64,000 nucleotides of DNA from Bacteroidales bacterium (GCA_036171595.1 JAVHRJ010000602.1:136-64135); one strand, 5' to 3'; shown: positions 19,096 through 29,964, counted from the stretch's first letter. Notes: a model not told the origin generated them from the letters alone. Numbers and translations: made by a program.

Positions 19096-22000
19096 TTAAT
19101 TTTTGTCTAAATATTTTGAATTAATTTTTTCTTTTATTCCTGCAATTATTATTAAAGCAATAACAGAAAGTATTACAATCCATGCCCATATTGGAAATAA
19201 TGGAGTTTCGCCAGCACCATAACTGTGCATTCCTTTAGATAAATAATAGTTTACTCCAATAAATGTCATAAGTACGCTACTAAACCCAATTATTGATGCA
19301 ACATTAAAAACATAATTTGTATTTAGTTTTGGAATAAATCGTAAATGTAAAACTATAGTATAAGCAATAACAATTATAAGTGCCCAAGTTTCTTTTGCGT
19401 CCCAACCCCAATATCTGCCCCACGATTCGTTTGCCCAAACTCCACCAAGAAAAGTTCCAACTGTTGCTAAAACTAATCCAATTATGATATTCATTTCGCT
19501 TACGTATGTAAGTTCTTTTATTATTAAACTAAGTTTTATATGATTTTTCTTGTTTTTAAAAATTGTAATAAATGAATTAATTAATCCTAAGAAAAATGCA
19601 AGTCCTAAAAACCCATAACTAATTGTTAATGTAGCAACGTGAATAATTAACCAATACGATTTTAAAACAGGTTGTAAATTGGTTAATTGTGGGTCGTAAC
19701 TGCTATGGCTGGCTGTCATTAAAGTAAAAAATGAAAGCAAAACAGTTGCTGCTAAAGTTATTTTCGAGTATTTTACAAAAATAAAACCAGCTAATAAACC
19801 ACCCCATGAAACTAAAATTAACGACTCATATCCATTACTCCAAGGAGCATGACCTGTTAAATACCAACGTAATGCCATTCCTAAAGTATGATATGCAAAG
19901 CCAAGAACTAATAATGCCATTAAAAAGTTAAAAGTGTAATTTAAAATTTTATTTTTCTTCGATTTTAGCGTGTCAATAAAAGCAAGTAATAATAATAATA
20001 CACTTAAACCTGCATAAAAGTTTCTAAGAAAAATAAATATTTGAGCATTATTGTAAAATATTTCAATATTAATTTTTGTTTCAGATGGCAAATCATTTGC
20101 AATTGCAGTAGAGCGTTGAATGCCAGAAATATATTTTAAAATTTTATCCGATTTTTCTATATTGCCCGATTTAAGTTCAGCTAAATATGCATTTAAAATG
20201 CTAGAGTAATTAAAAACAGGCAATTGCAAATCGTCGTTAATAATTTTAAGTGAGCCCGATAATGGCATTAGTGCATTTTTATCATCAACGCTAATCCATT
20301 TGTTATCAGTAGCGTTTTGTATCGGAAATATTTTTAAAATACTACCACGAATAACCATCATAAAAATATTTACTCTTTCATCAACTTTAATTATTTCTTT
20401 ATCGAATGTGTTTTGTTCCGATTGCTTTTTACGAAAAGCATCGTCGGCATAAGTTTGAAGTTTGTATCTTTGAGTATTATCAAAAAAGTCGTTAAAAGTT
20501 GCATATTTATCTTTAATTCCTATTGCATCTCGAACCGATTGTTCTCTTACGTAAATCATTTTTTGCTGTTTCCAAAATTCAGGTTCAATAAGCATATCTA
20601 TTAAAACTTGCATAGCGTTCATTTTACCTTTGTCTTCGATTTCGAAATTGTCTTTTCTCGAAATTTTATGCATAATATCATAAGTAAGCGAATTTAAAGG
20701 TTCGAATCTGCCATCGAAAGTTTGAACTAATAAATGTCCGAATTTTTCCGATTGGTCTTTGTTTACAATATTATTTGTTGTGTTTTGAGAAAAACCAAAT
20801 GCACTAATCGATAAAAATAAAGCAATAGTTAATATTTCTGCTTTACGTTTTCGGGATAATTCTCCAATATGTTTGCTTAATGTTATAAATCTAGATTTTT
20901 TGTTCATTAAAGCTAAAACAAATCCTAATGCTAAAAGTGTGTATCCTAAATAAGAAATCCAAGTTCCGTAAAAGTCGTGATTAACAGAAAGTATTGTGCC
21001 TTGCTCGTCTTGGTCGTATGATGACTGAAAAAATCGAAACTTATCGTAATCTAATACATTATTCATAAATATTCGATGATTTTCGTTAACGTTATTTTTT
21101 GTATCTATTAAAGTTACTTCACTTGCATATGATGAAGGACTCATTGAGCCTGGATATCTTTCTAAAATAAAATTATTTAGTTTTAACGAAAATGGAAGTT
21201 GAATTACTTTACAGCCATAACCAATATTTAATTTGGCGCCATTTACATTAACTGGTTGCATGTTTGCCTCAAAATCGGGTCCACCTAAAATAGAGACAGT
21301 TTCTTTTTTGCCTTTTACTATAACATTTAGCAAAAGTGCGTCAATTTTGCTCTCTTCGGGTTCGCCCGATACCATTTCAATTTTTGCGTTTTTATATTTT
21401 GTTGTTAAAACTATAGCTGATGACACAGAGTTATAAGCAAAATTATGATTAAATTCAGCAATAGAATCTTTTAAAATAGTATCTTGTATTTGCTCTTCTT
21501 GCATATCAGCTAAATATAAATCATAGGGAGCCGATATTGTTAATTTATTGTTAGAATCATTTATTTTAACACTATTATTACTTTTATTGTTGTTGTATGA
21601 AATACTAACTCCATTCATGTCTTTTGTTTCACCAGATTTAATGTAAACTTTATTTCTACCAGTACTTGTAAATATCATTAATTCAATAATATTTGTGCCA
21701 CCATCAACATTTTCATTAACTTTTTCTACGGCATTTTTAACATAGTTATTATATTCTACTGTAATTTCACCATTTGATTTTGATGGTATTTTAATGTCAA
21801 ACGAATTATTTGTTATAGGACTAAAAAGTGTTGGTTTTTCGTAATTATACTCTTCGCCAGCATTCATATTTATAATTAAATTAGGAACTGAGCCTATCAT
21901 AACATTTGAGCTTTCGCCTTTGCGAATGTGCATGTTCCCCTCAAAACTAAAGTAACGAGTAACTCCAGCACCTATAATCATCAAAATAAAAGAAGTATGA

Positions 22001-22242
22001 AAAACAAATCCTGCTAATTTTTCTTTATTCAACATTTTGTATTTGCTAATATGACCAATAAAATTGATTATTAGTAGTAAAAATAAAAACTCGAACCATT
22101 TTGCATTATAAACAAGAATTTTTGCAGTGTTGGTATCAAATTTATCTTCAATAAAAGTTGCAGTTGCTAAAGAAATGGCAAGAATTACAAGTAAAATAAT
22201 TGTCGATTTCGACGAAAATAATGTATTTAGTATTGATTTCAT
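19096..22242 (-). CDS. ccsBA: Fused system II cytochrome c biogenesis protein CcsBA (ResB-like plus CcsA)
   Basis: 1048 aa and polytopic. The C-terminal CcsA part carries the WWD heme-handling motif (WGRYWGWDAKETWALI). A large ResB-like soluble region lies between the N-terminal transmembrane helices. Confidence 0.85.
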   Translation of the reverse strand: MKSILNTLFSSKSTIILLVILAISLATATFIEDKFDTNTAKILVYNAKWFEFLFLLLIINFIGHISKYKMLNKEKLAGFVFHTSFILMIIGAGVTRYFSFEGNMHIRKGESSNVMIGSVPNLIINMNAGEEYNYEKPTLFSPITNNSFDIKIPSKSNGEITVEYNNYVKNAVEKVNENVDGGTNIIELMIFTSTGRNKVYIKSGETKDMNGVSISYNNNKSNNSVKINDSNNKLTISAPYDLYLADMQEEQIQDTILKDSIAEFNHNFAYNSVSSAIVLTTKYKNAKIEMVSGEPEESKIDALLLNVIVKGKKETVSILGGPDFEANMQPVNVNGAKLNIGYGCKVIQLPFSLKLNNFILERYPGSMSPSSYASEVTLIDTKNNVNENHRIFMNNVLDYDKFRFFQSSYDQDEQGTILSVNHDFYGTWISYLGYTLLALGFVLALMNKKSRFITLSKHIGELSRKRKAEILTIALFLSISAFGFSQNTTNNIVNKDQSEKFGHLLVQTFDGRFEPLNSLTYDIMHKISRKDNFEIEDKGKMNAMQVLIDMLIEPEFWKQQKMIYVREQSVRDAIGIKDKYATFNDFFDNTQRYKLQTYADDAFRKKQSEQNTFDKEIIKVDERVNIFMMVIRGSILKIFPIQNATDNKWISVDDKNALMPLSGSLKIINDDLQLPVFNYSSILNAYLAELKSGNIEKSDKILKYISGIQRSTAIANDLPSETKINIEIFYNNAQIFIFLRNFYAGLSVLLLLLAFIDTLKSKKNKILNYTFNFLMALLVLGFAYHTLGMALRWYLTGHAPWSNGYESLILVSWGGLLAGFIFVKYSKITLAATVLLSFFTLMTASHSSYDPQLTNLQPVLKSYWLIIHVATLTISYGFLGLAFFLGLINSFITIFKNKKNHIKLSLIIKELTYVSEMNIIIGLVLATVGTFLGGVWANESWGRYWGWDAKETWALIIVIAYTIVLHLRFIPKLNTNYVFNVASIIGFSSVLMTFIGVNYYLSKGMHSYGAGETPLFPIWAWIVILSVIALIIIAGIKEKINSKYLDKN

Positions 22243-22509
22243 AAAATTACGAATTAATTAATTATTTAATATACAGATAGTATTAAAACTTAGTTAAAAG
22301 ATTTAAAAAGTCGGTAAATTTAAAATAAATACTATAAAATAGGTGTTAATAATTTGTTAAAAAAACTGATTTTTTAATTTGTCTTTATAAATATCAGAAT
22401 TGTATGTCTTTATGAAAATCGTTAGTGTTAAAAAACATGTTTTATTAATTGCATATATATAAATATTTCTAACTAATTTTGCGAGTAAAATAATTTAAAA
22501 AAAAATAAA

Positions 22510-23226
22510 ATGAGAATCATATTATTAACAATTGCAGTTGTATTTGGCGCATATTTTTCGTCATGCCAATCAAATCAAAGTACTAGTAACCCAAACGAGC
22601 ATAAAGTTGTTGTTTTAGAGGTATTACAAGCAAATGAATATACTTATTTGCGTGTAAACGAAAACGATAAAGAGTTATGGATGGCTGTACCAAAAATGGA
22701 AGCACAAGTTAACGACACCTATTATTATGAAGGTGGTTTTCCAATGACTGATTTTAAAAGTAAAGATTTAAACAAAACCTTTAAGGAAGTATTGTTTTTA
22801 GAAGGTGTGAGTAAAACTCCTATAGTTGCAGATAAAAACATGAACATGGCAAATCCTCATGGAAATAATCAAGCCAATCAAAACGTAACACCTCAAAAAC
22901 CAAATATTGAGAAAAAAGAAGTTGTTGTAGAACATAATAACGGCGAAATAACAATTGCTGAATTATTTAAAAATAAAGATAAATATGCCGGCAAAACTAT
23001 TAAAGTAAAAGGTAAAGTTGTAAAATTTAGTCCTGAAATTATGAGTAAAAATTGGATTCATTTACAAGATGGAACCGACTTTGAAGGCAAATTCGATTTA
23101 ACAATAACTACTTCGAGTAAAGATGTAAAAGTTGATGATATAGTTACGCTAGAAGGTATAGTTAGTATAAATAAAGATTTTGGTTACGGATATTTTTACG
23201 AAGTTTTATTAGAAGACGCTAAGTAA
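22510..23226 (+). CDS. Lipoprotein of unknown function with two related beta-rich modules
   Basis: Lipobox (AYFSSCQ). Two similar segments are visible (VVVLEVLQANEYTYLRV.. and ..IKVKGKVVKFSPEIMSKNWIHLQDG), possibly OB-like. A TAnnTTTG box lies 28 nt upstream. I recognise no family. Confidence 0.4.
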   Translation: MRIILLTIAVVFGAYFSSCQSNQSTSNPNEHKVVVLEVLQANEYTYLRVNENDKELWMAVPKMEAQVNDTYYYEGGFPMTDFKSKDLNKTFKEVLFLEGVSKTPIVADKNMNMANPHGNNQANQNVTPQKPNIEKKEVVVEHNNGEITIAELFKNKDKYAGKTIKVKGKVVKFSPEIMSKNWIHLQDGTDFEGKFDLTITTSSKDVKVDDIVTLEGIVSINKDFGYGYFYEVLLEDAK

Positions 23227-23250
23227 AAATAATTAATATGATTTTAAACT

Positions 23251-23286
23251 ACACTGATTTTTGATTTAATAATCAAAAATCAGTGT
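23251..23286 (+). terminator. Rho-independent terminator
   Basis: 14-bp stem acactgatttttga / tcaaaaatcagtgt followed by ttttatttt. Confidence 0.7.
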
Positions 23287-23311
23287 TTTATTTTATTAAT
23301 GATATAACAAT

Positions 23312-23866
23312 ATGAAAAAAATATTATTTTTAAATTTTTGTTTTGCAATAATTCTAATCTCTTGTAACAACGAGCAAAATAAAACAACAACTGTCCCATC
23401 TGATAGTTTGTCTATCAAAGAAAAATTGCTAGAATCAGATTCGTTAAATTTCCCTTTGCGTGAGGAGGTTGCTGTTCAATATTATAACAAAAAAAACTTA
23501 GAAAAAGCTGTTTTTCATTTAAAAAAACTTTGTGTGCACGATACCGATAATGTTATGGCATTTATTACATTAGGTAATATTTATTACGATTCGAAACAGT
23601 TTTCTAATGCAATTTTATACTACGAAAAGGCATTATTTTTAGATACTTATAATACAAATTTAAGATGCGATTTGGCTACAAGTTATTTAAATATTAATAA
23701 TGCCGAAAAAGCTCTGGAGCTTTTAAAAGAAAACATTAAAATAGATTATAACCATATACAATCACATTATAATATGTATGTGATTTACAAAAATCTTGGA
23801 AAAGATGAAGAATCTACAAACGAATTGGAGGTTTATAACAAACTTTTAAATTCAAAGAATAATTAA
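23312..23866 (+). CDS. TPR-repeat lipoprotein
   Basis: Signal peptide with Cys (ILISCNN), followed by TPR-like repeats (FITLGNIYYDSKQFSNAILYYEKAL, ATSYLNINNAEKALELL). Confidence 0.6.
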   Translation: MKKILFLNFCFAIILISCNNEQNKTTTVPSDSLSIKEKLLESDSLNFPLREEVAVQYYNKKNLEKAVFHLKKLCVHDTDNVMAFITLGNIYYDSKQFSNAILYYEKALFLDTYNTNLRCDLATSYLNINNAEKALELLKENIKIDYNHIQSHYNMYVIYKNLGKDEESTNELEVYNKLLNSKNN

Positions 23867-24882
23867 ATTATATTAGAAAATTGTTTTAAAAATCTTATAT
23901 CGTTTTCGGAAAACATTCGTAAATCTTTTACTTGAAATTTTAGGTTTGTTATTCGCTCAATACCCATTCCAAAAGCATATCCCGAGTATTCTTTACTATT
24001 AATGCCACATTTTTCTAGAACATTTGGGTCAACCATTCCACAACCCAAAATTTCTACCCAACCAGTATGTTTACAAAAAGCGCAACCTTTGCCACCGCAT
24101 AAATTACAAGAAATATCCATTTCGGCAGATGGCTCTGTAAAAGGGAAATACGATGGACGTAAACGAATTTGAGTGTTTTCGCCAAACATTTCGCGAGCAA
24201 AGTATAACAAAGTTTGTTTAAGATCGGCAAATGAAACATTTTTATCAATATATAAACCTTCAACTTGATGGAAAAAACAATGTGCACGAGAAGAAATTGC
24301 TTCGTTTCTAAAAACTCTGCCAGGCATAATAATTCTAATGGGAGGTTTTTTACTTTCCATTACCCTAACTTGCACTGAAGAAGTGTGTGTTCTAAGAAGG
24401 ATGTCAGGCGTCTTTTCAATAAAAAAAGTATCTTGCATATCGCGAGCAGGATGTTCTTCGGGGAAATTAAGTGCAGTAAAAACATGCCAATCGTCTTCTA
24501 TCTCTGGTCCTTCGGATACAGTAAAACCTAATCGACTAAAAATTTCAATAATTTCATTTCTGACAATACTCAAAGGATGTCGGCTACCAATTTCGTTCGA
24601 ATCTGCTGGCCTAGTTAAATCGTTGATTGTATCAGATTTAGACTGGTTTTCTGCATTGTGTTGAAATTGCGAAAATTTTTCTTGAGCTTCAATTTTAAGA
24701 GTGTTTAAAAGCTGACCAATTTCCTTCTTAATCTCTATTGGAACTTGTTTAAAACCTTCAAATAAACTAGAAATTTCTCCTTTTTTTGATAAATATTTTA
24801 ATCGAAATTCTTCGAGTTGTGATTTATTTTCAATATGTGCTGCCTTAATTTCAGACAACAACTGTGTGATTTTATCTTTCAT
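23863..24882 (-). CDS. pheS: Phenylalanine-tRNA ligase alpha subunit
   Basis: 339 aa with class II aaRS motifs (HPARDMQDTFF, FRNEAISSRAH, YFPFTEPSAEMD, GMGIERI). Confidence 0.95.
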   Translation of the reverse strand: MKDKITQLLSEIKAAHIENKSQLEEFRLKYLSKKGEISSLFEGFKQVPIEIKKEIGQLLNTLKIEAQEKFSQFQHNAENQSKSDTINDLTRPADSNEIGSRHPLSIVRNEIIEIFSRLGFTVSEGPEIEDDWHVFTALNFPEEHPARDMQDTFFIEKTPDILLRTHTSSVQVRVMESKKPPIRIIMPGRVFRNEAISSRAHCFFHQVEGLYIDKNVSFADLKQTLLYFAREMFGENTQIRLRPSYFPFTEPSAEMDISCNLCGGKGCAFCKHTGWVEILGCGMVDPNVLEKCGINSKEYSGYAFGMGIERITNLKFQVKDLRMFSENDIRFLKQFSNII

Positions 24883-24885
24883 TAA

Positions 24886-25734
24886 TTATAATTTAATTTT
24901 CATTTTTATATTTTCCAACGGACGATCATTTTTATCGGTTTTAACTACCGAAATACTGTCAATAACGTTCATTCCTTCTATAACTTCACCAAAAACTGTA
25001 TACGAACCATCAAGATGCGGAGCTCCACCAATAGAGGTATAAATTTTTCGTTGTTCTGGAGTAAAAATAAATTTTCCTTGTTTTACCATTTCTTTTTCAA
25101 TAATTGGATCGATTCCTACTATAAATTTATTTAACTCTTCTTTGTTTCCTGATTTTTGCAACGAATCGAGTTTTAGAATAATGTTTTTATTTTCGGGTGC
25201 TTTAAGAAATTTTCCAATAATTTGTTTTTTTAATGTTTGATTCTGATTTGCTTCAATCATATCTAATTCTTGGTTTGTAAAAACCTTACCCTGAACAATG
25301 TAAAATTGTGAGCCCGACGATTCTTTTTTGGGGTTAACCATATCCGATTCACGTGCTGCCGCTAAGGCACCTCTTTTGTGAAATAATCCAGGAATTATTT
25401 CGGCTGGAATATTATAACCAGGTCCACCATTACCTAGCATTGTGTCGGGTTTTGCATTTCGCGAGTCGGGGTCGCCACCTTGAATCATAAACCCTTTAAT
25501 TACGCGGTGAAAAAGCAAATCGTCGAAAAACTTTTCGGATACAAGTTTTACAAAATTATCGCGATGTAAAAGCGTTTGGTCGTATAATTTTATTTTTATG
25601 TCGCCATACTTGGTTGTAATTGTTACTGTTTTTTCGTTATTGAAATTATTATTTTGCTTCGAAAAAATTACAAACGAAAAAAATAAAATCGAAAAAATAC
25701 TAATTAAAAATAAAATCGAAAAAGTCTTTCTCAT
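24886..25734 (-). CDS. Cyclophilin-type peptidyl-prolyl cis-trans isomerase, membrane-anchored or secreted, with a helical insertion
   Basis: N-terminal hydrophobic anchor, then a cyclophilin core (FHRVIKGFMIQGGDP, SGSQFYIVQG, LDGSYTVFGEVIEGM). An ~85-aa insertion splits the core. Confidence 0.85.
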   Translation of the reverse strand: MRKTFSILFLISIFSILFFSFVIFSKQNNNFNNEKTVTITTKYGDIKIKLYDQTLLHRDNFVKLVSEKFFDDLLFHRVIKGFMIQGGDPDSRNAKPDTMLGNGGPGYNIPAEIIPGLFHKRGALAAARESDMVNPKKESSGSQFYIVQGKVFTNQELDMIEANQNQTLKKQIIGKFLKAPENKNIILKLDSLQKSGNKEELNKFIVGIDPIIEKEMVKQGKFIFTPEQRKIYTSIGGAPHLDGSYTVFGEVIEGMNVIDSISVVKTDKNDRPLENIKMKIKL

Positions 25735-25911
25735 TGATTATTAATGTTGTGCAATTTATTATAATTGCAATAAATGTAATAAAATTTAATTGCCGAAATT
25801 TACGAAAAATTATTAGCACAACCAATTTACAAAATTTAATCTAATTTTTCACTTAAATTTTATTCTACCGAAATATAATTTTAATTTTGCTTTTACGTTA
25901 AAGCGGATTAA

Positions 25912-26730
25912 ATGAGTTTAATTACATTTATTAAAAGTCGTAAGTTTTTTGTTCATCTAAGTTTAGCTATAGGTGTAACAGTTATATTACTTACAACAAG
26001 TTTTTTTTCTATAAATTTTTACACGCATCATGGCGAAGCTGTATCTATTCCAGATTTAAGCGGTTTAACTTTTGAACAAGCTCAACGTATTGCCGAAAGT
26101 AAAGATTTTTTGGTTGAAATTTCTGACTCTGTTCATTTTCAAGATAAAGAAAAAGGCTCAGTAGTTTCGCAAGTTCCAATAGCTAATAGTAAGGTTAAAA
26201 TTGGTAGAACAATTTATTTAATTGTTAATGGCATTGAGGCAGAAAAGGTCGCTATGCCCGATTTAACTGGTATTTCGGTTAGGCAAGCAACGTCTGATGC
26301 AGAACTTTTTGGACTAAAAATAGGAAAACTTAAATATGTTCCAGATATTTCAACAACTGTACTCGACCAAAAATATAAAGGTAAACCTATTAATCCTAAT
26401 ACAATGATTGTTAAAGGTTCAACAATAGATTTAATTGTTGGAAAAGGCGAGAGTAATGAAAATACTTTTGTTCCAAATATTTTAGGTTTAAATTTTGACG
26501 ATGCAGAACAAAAACTTTCTTCGTTATCACTTAATGTTGGAGTGGCTATTTACGATAATTCAATAAAAACAAGCCGCGATTCGTTAAATGCAAAAATTTG
26601 GAAACAGCATCCAAAATCAATGTCAGATAATTCAATAAAATTAGGTAGTTATATTGATATTTGGCTTACATTAGATAAAGACTTAATTCCAGAATCTGCA
26701 ACCGAAAATAATTCAGAAAATGACTTATAA
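25912..26730 (+). CDS. PASTA-domain protein with an N-terminal transmembrane helix and three PASTA repeats
   Basis: Three ~65-aa repeats each start V/F-x-(I/M/V)-P-(D/N)-L-x-G-(L/I): VSIPDLSGLTFEQA, VAMPDLTGISVRQA and FVPNILGLNFDDA. A TAnnTTTG box lies 22 nt upstream. Confidence 0.7.
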   Translation: MSLITFIKSRKFFVHLSLAIGVTVILLTTSFFSINFYTHHGEAVSIPDLSGLTFEQAQRIAESKDFLVEISDSVHFQDKEKGSVVSQVPIANSKVKIGRTIYLIVNGIEAEKVAMPDLTGISVRQATSDAELFGLKIGKLKYVPDISTTVLDQKYKGKPINPNTMIVKGSTIDLIVGKGESNENTFVPNILGLNFDDAEQKLSSLSLNVGVAIYDNSIKTSRDSLNAKIWKQHPKSMSDNSIKLGSYIDIWLTLDKDLIPESATENNSENDL

Positions 26731-28831
26731 AATTTTAATATTAATTTTTTTAGTAAACAATTATTGTGTTTATGCTCAAGAATTTTTATTGCCATTACAA
26801 ACAAATTCTGTTATTGAGAAATATATAAAACAAAATAACTCAAAATTAAAATCAATAAATGCATCAAATGACACATTAAAAATTCCATTTTTTGATGACT
26901 TTTCTAAAGACGCTATTTATCCCGATGCTTCAAATTGGATTGATGAGCAAGTATTTATTAATAAATCTTTTGGCGATAACCCTCCGTCAATAGGTGTCGC
27001 AACTTTTGATGCATTAGATTTTGCTGGAGAACTACATTCTAATGCAGGTACTTCACTTTTTTTAAGCGATACATTAACATCAAAACCAATTAATTTGGCA
27101 AATAGAACCGATAAAAATCCAATTTCAATTTCAACAGCGTTATTATTTTATTATAATTCATCTTCTGGAAGTTATTATCCCTCCGATTCATTATTTTATC
27201 TTTCTGGAGGCTACAAAAATTGTAAAACTAATCCAACTACATATAATATAGATATGATAATTTATTACGATTCGCTTGGTTGGGTATCAAATGTTAGCGA
27301 TTATCTTTATACATACGATTCAATTTCAGGAACATACTTGCATATTGATAAATATTTATTTTTAACTTTTTCGCCCGCCGATTCACTTTATTTAAGTTTT
27401 TATTATCAACCACAAGGATTAGGAGGTCGTGAACCAGATGTTGAAGATTCCCTTGTACTTGAATTTAGAACCCCAAATAGCTCATGGAAAAATATTTGGG
27501 CAAAACCTGGTGAAGCCAATAAACCATTTAAACAAGTATTAATACCAATTGTAGATAGCTCATACTTTAAAATCGGATTTCAATTTCGTTTTAAAAATTA
27601 TTGTAAACTATATGTTTATCCAATGGCGAGTTTTGCCAGTAATATAGGATTTTGGAATATAGATTATGTTAAATTAGACAAAAACAGGAATATTTCCGAT
27701 ACAATTCATCAAGATGTTACTTTTGTTAATGATATAGATACTGTTCTAAAAGATTTTAAATCAGTCCCATGGGATCATTATAAATCTGTAAGTAATTTTC
27801 AACAACCTAAACTTAAATTTATTTACAGAAATTTATATTCAGATACTATTAATGTATTAAGAAAATATAAAATTTTCAACAAAACAGATAATACACTTGT
27901 ATTAAACAATACATTAGGTAGCGAAAATATTTATGCTTTTAATGATGATACAATATTAGTAAGAACCGATACTTCAAATTTTTTTCCATTTACATCATCT
28001 AATAAGGCAGAATTTGATTTAAAATTAATAACGTCGTCAACATCAAATGATATAAGCGATCCTTATATATGGAACGATACTTTAGTTCATCATCAAATAT
28101 TCGATAATTATTATGCATACGATGATGGAACTCCCGAAATTGGCTACGGGTTGTCGGGTCAAAGCACACAAAATAGCAAACTTGCATTTAAATTTTATAC
28201 TCTTAAACCAGACACGTTACGTGGAGTTAACATGTTTTTTAATAGAACGTTGAATGATGAGAGTCAAAATTATTTTTATTTAACTATTTGGAATAATATA
28301 AGTGGTAAACCTGGTCAAATAATTTATAGTAAAATGGGCGAAAGGCCAGAATATCATGGGTTAAACGAATTTCATTATTATAATTTAGACACAGCTATTT
28401 TTATTTCCGATACCTTTTATATAGGTTGGATTCAAACAACGCAAGATTTGCTTAACATAGGATTCGATTTGAATAATAATAATTCAGCTAAAGTTTTTTA
28501 TAATATTGATGGTAACTGGACGAATATTTCATATGCAGGAACACCAATGATGCGACCAGTTTTTAGCAATTTACCAATTAATCATGTGTCTAATAATTTT
28601 ATTAATAAGCAATTATATTTTTATCCTAATCCTGCATCCGATTTTATTACTGTTGAAAATTATAATAATTGCATTTTTCAGGTGATAGATATTACAGGAA
28701 GAATATTATTAGAAACTAAAGCTATAAATAACAAAATTGATATTTCTAAAATACCAAATGGTATTTATTTTATAAGAACTTTAGATAAATATATCCAAAA
28801 CTCAAGTAAGCTTATTATCAACAGATTATAA
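26720..28831 (+). CDS. Secreted protein with a T9SS type A C-terminal sorting domain; function unknown
   Basis: Signal peptide (NNYCVYAQ). The C-terminal ~75 aa fit the T9SS CTD pattern (LYFYPNPASDFITVEN...QVIDITGRILL...IPNGIYFIRT). It overlaps the PASTA gene by 11 nt. Confidence 0.7.
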   Translation: MTYKILILIFLVNNYCVYAQEFLLPLQTNSVIEKYIKQNNSKLKSINASNDTLKIPFFDDFSKDAIYPDASNWIDEQVFINKSFGDNPPSIGVATFDALDFAGELHSNAGTSLFLSDTLTSKPINLANRTDKNPISISTALLFYYNSSSGSYYPSDSLFYLSGGYKNCKTNPTTYNIDMIIYYDSLGWVSNVSDYLYTYDSISGTYLHIDKYLFLTFSPADSLYLSFYYQPQGLGGREPDVEDSLVLEFRTPNSSWKNIWAKPGEANKPFKQVLIPIVDSSYFKIGFQFRFKNYCKLYVYPMASFASNIGFWNIDYVKLDKNRNISDTIHQDVTFVNDIDTVLKDFKSVPWDHYKSVSNFQQPKLKFIYRNLYSDTINVLRKYKIFNKTDNTLVLNNTLGSENIYAFNDDTILVRTDTSNFFPFTSSNKAEFDLKLITSSTSNDISDPYIWNDTLVHHQIFDNYYAYDDGTPEIGYGLSGQSTQNSKLAFKFYTLKPDTLRGVNMFFNRTLNDESQNYFYLTIWNNISGKPGQIIYSKMGERPEYHGLNEFHYYNLDTAIFISDTFYIGWIQTTQDLLNIGFDLNNNNSAKVFYNIDGNWTNISYAGTPMMRPVFSNLPINHVSNNFINKQLYFYPNPASDFITVENYNNCIFQVIDITGRILLETKAINNKIDISKIPNGIYFIRTLDKYIQNSSKLIINRL

Positions 28832-28832
28832 A

Positions 28833-29864
28833 ATGTGTGAAGAAGAAGGTTTACTTAATGAAGATTCAACCGAGCTTTTTGAACACTTTAATATAAAAGT
28901 TGATAAAGGGCAGGCACTTTTACGAATAGATAAATTTTTATGTTTACGACTTGAACATATTTCTAGAAATAGAGTTCAAAATGCAGCCATATCAAATTGT
29001 ATATTAGTAAATAATAAACCAGTTAAATCAAATTATTTAGTTAAACCCAACGATGTTATTTCTATAGTTTTACCATATCCACCAAACGAAAAGGAAATTT
29101 TAGCTGAAAATATACCACTAAATATTGCTTATGAAGATGATGATTTAATATTGATAAACAAACCTGCTGGAATGGTAGTTCATCCAGCAAAAGGTAATTA
29201 TACAGGTACACTAGTAAATGCACTTTTATGGCATTTTAAAGAGTTGCCCGTAATTAATAAAAATACTCTTAGGCCAGGTTTAGTACATAGAATAGATAAA
29301 GATACATCGGGATTATTAGTAGTTGCAAAAACTGAATTAGCACATTCGAGTTTAGCAAAACAATTTTTCGATAAAACAACCGAACGAAGTTATATTGCTT
29401 TAGTTTGGGGAATTTTTAAAGATAAAACCGGTACAATAACTGGTAATATTGGACGCTCGCCACGTGATAGAAAAAAAATGACAATTTTTGAAGATGATAA
29501 TATTGGTAAACATGCAGTAACACATTATAAGGTTTTAGAAGAGTATAAATACACTTCATTAGTAGAATGTAAATTAGAAACAGGAAGAACGCATCAAATT
29601 AGAGCGCATTTTGAACATATAAAACACCCTTTATTTAGCGATATTGTTTACGGTGGCGATAAAATTGTAAGAGGTGTAAATTTCTCAAAATATAGCCAAT
29701 TTGTCGAAAATTGCTTTAAAATTTGTCCTCGTCAAGCACTTCATGCCAAATCGTTAGGATTTTTTCATCCAAGTACCAAAAAATGGTTTTTTTTCGACTC
29801 AAATTTACCCGACGACATGAAAAATTTAATTGAAAAGTGGAGAAATTACGCGTTAACTACATGA
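28833..29864 (+). CDS. rluD: RluA-family 23S rRNA pseudouridine synthase (RluD-like)
   Basis: S4-like N-terminal region and the catalytic motif HRIDKDTSGLLVVAK, with GRTHQIRAH downstream. Confidence 0.85.
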   Translation: MCEEEGLLNEDSTELFEHFNIKVDKGQALLRIDKFLCLRLEHISRNRVQNAAISNCILVNNKPVKSNYLVKPNDVISIVLPYPPNEKEILAENIPLNIAYEDDDLILINKPAGMVVHPAKGNYTGTLVNALLWHFKELPVINKNTLRPGLVHRIDKDTSGLLVVAKTELAHSSLAKQFFDKTTERSYIALVWGIFKDKTGTITGNIGRSPRDRKKMTIFEDDNIGKHAVTHYKVLEEYKYTSLVECKLETGRTHQIRAHFEHIKHPLFSDIVYGGDKIVRGVNFSKYSQFVENCFKICPRQALHAKSLGFFHPSTKKWFFFDSNLPDDMKNLIEKWRNYALTT

Positions 29865-29929
29865 AATACTGTTAAATACGTGTGGTGAAAAATTTTTACG
29901 TTTTTTTGAACAACAAAAAAACAATTAAT

Positions 29930-29937
29930 ATACATTT
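29930..29937 (+). promoter_or_regulatory. Candidate -7 box for the Ala-rich lipoprotein gene
   Basis: tacatttg, 27 nt upstream of the ATG at 29965. Confidence 0.45.
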
Positions 29938-29964
29938 GCACCGTTAATAAACATTTAAATACTT

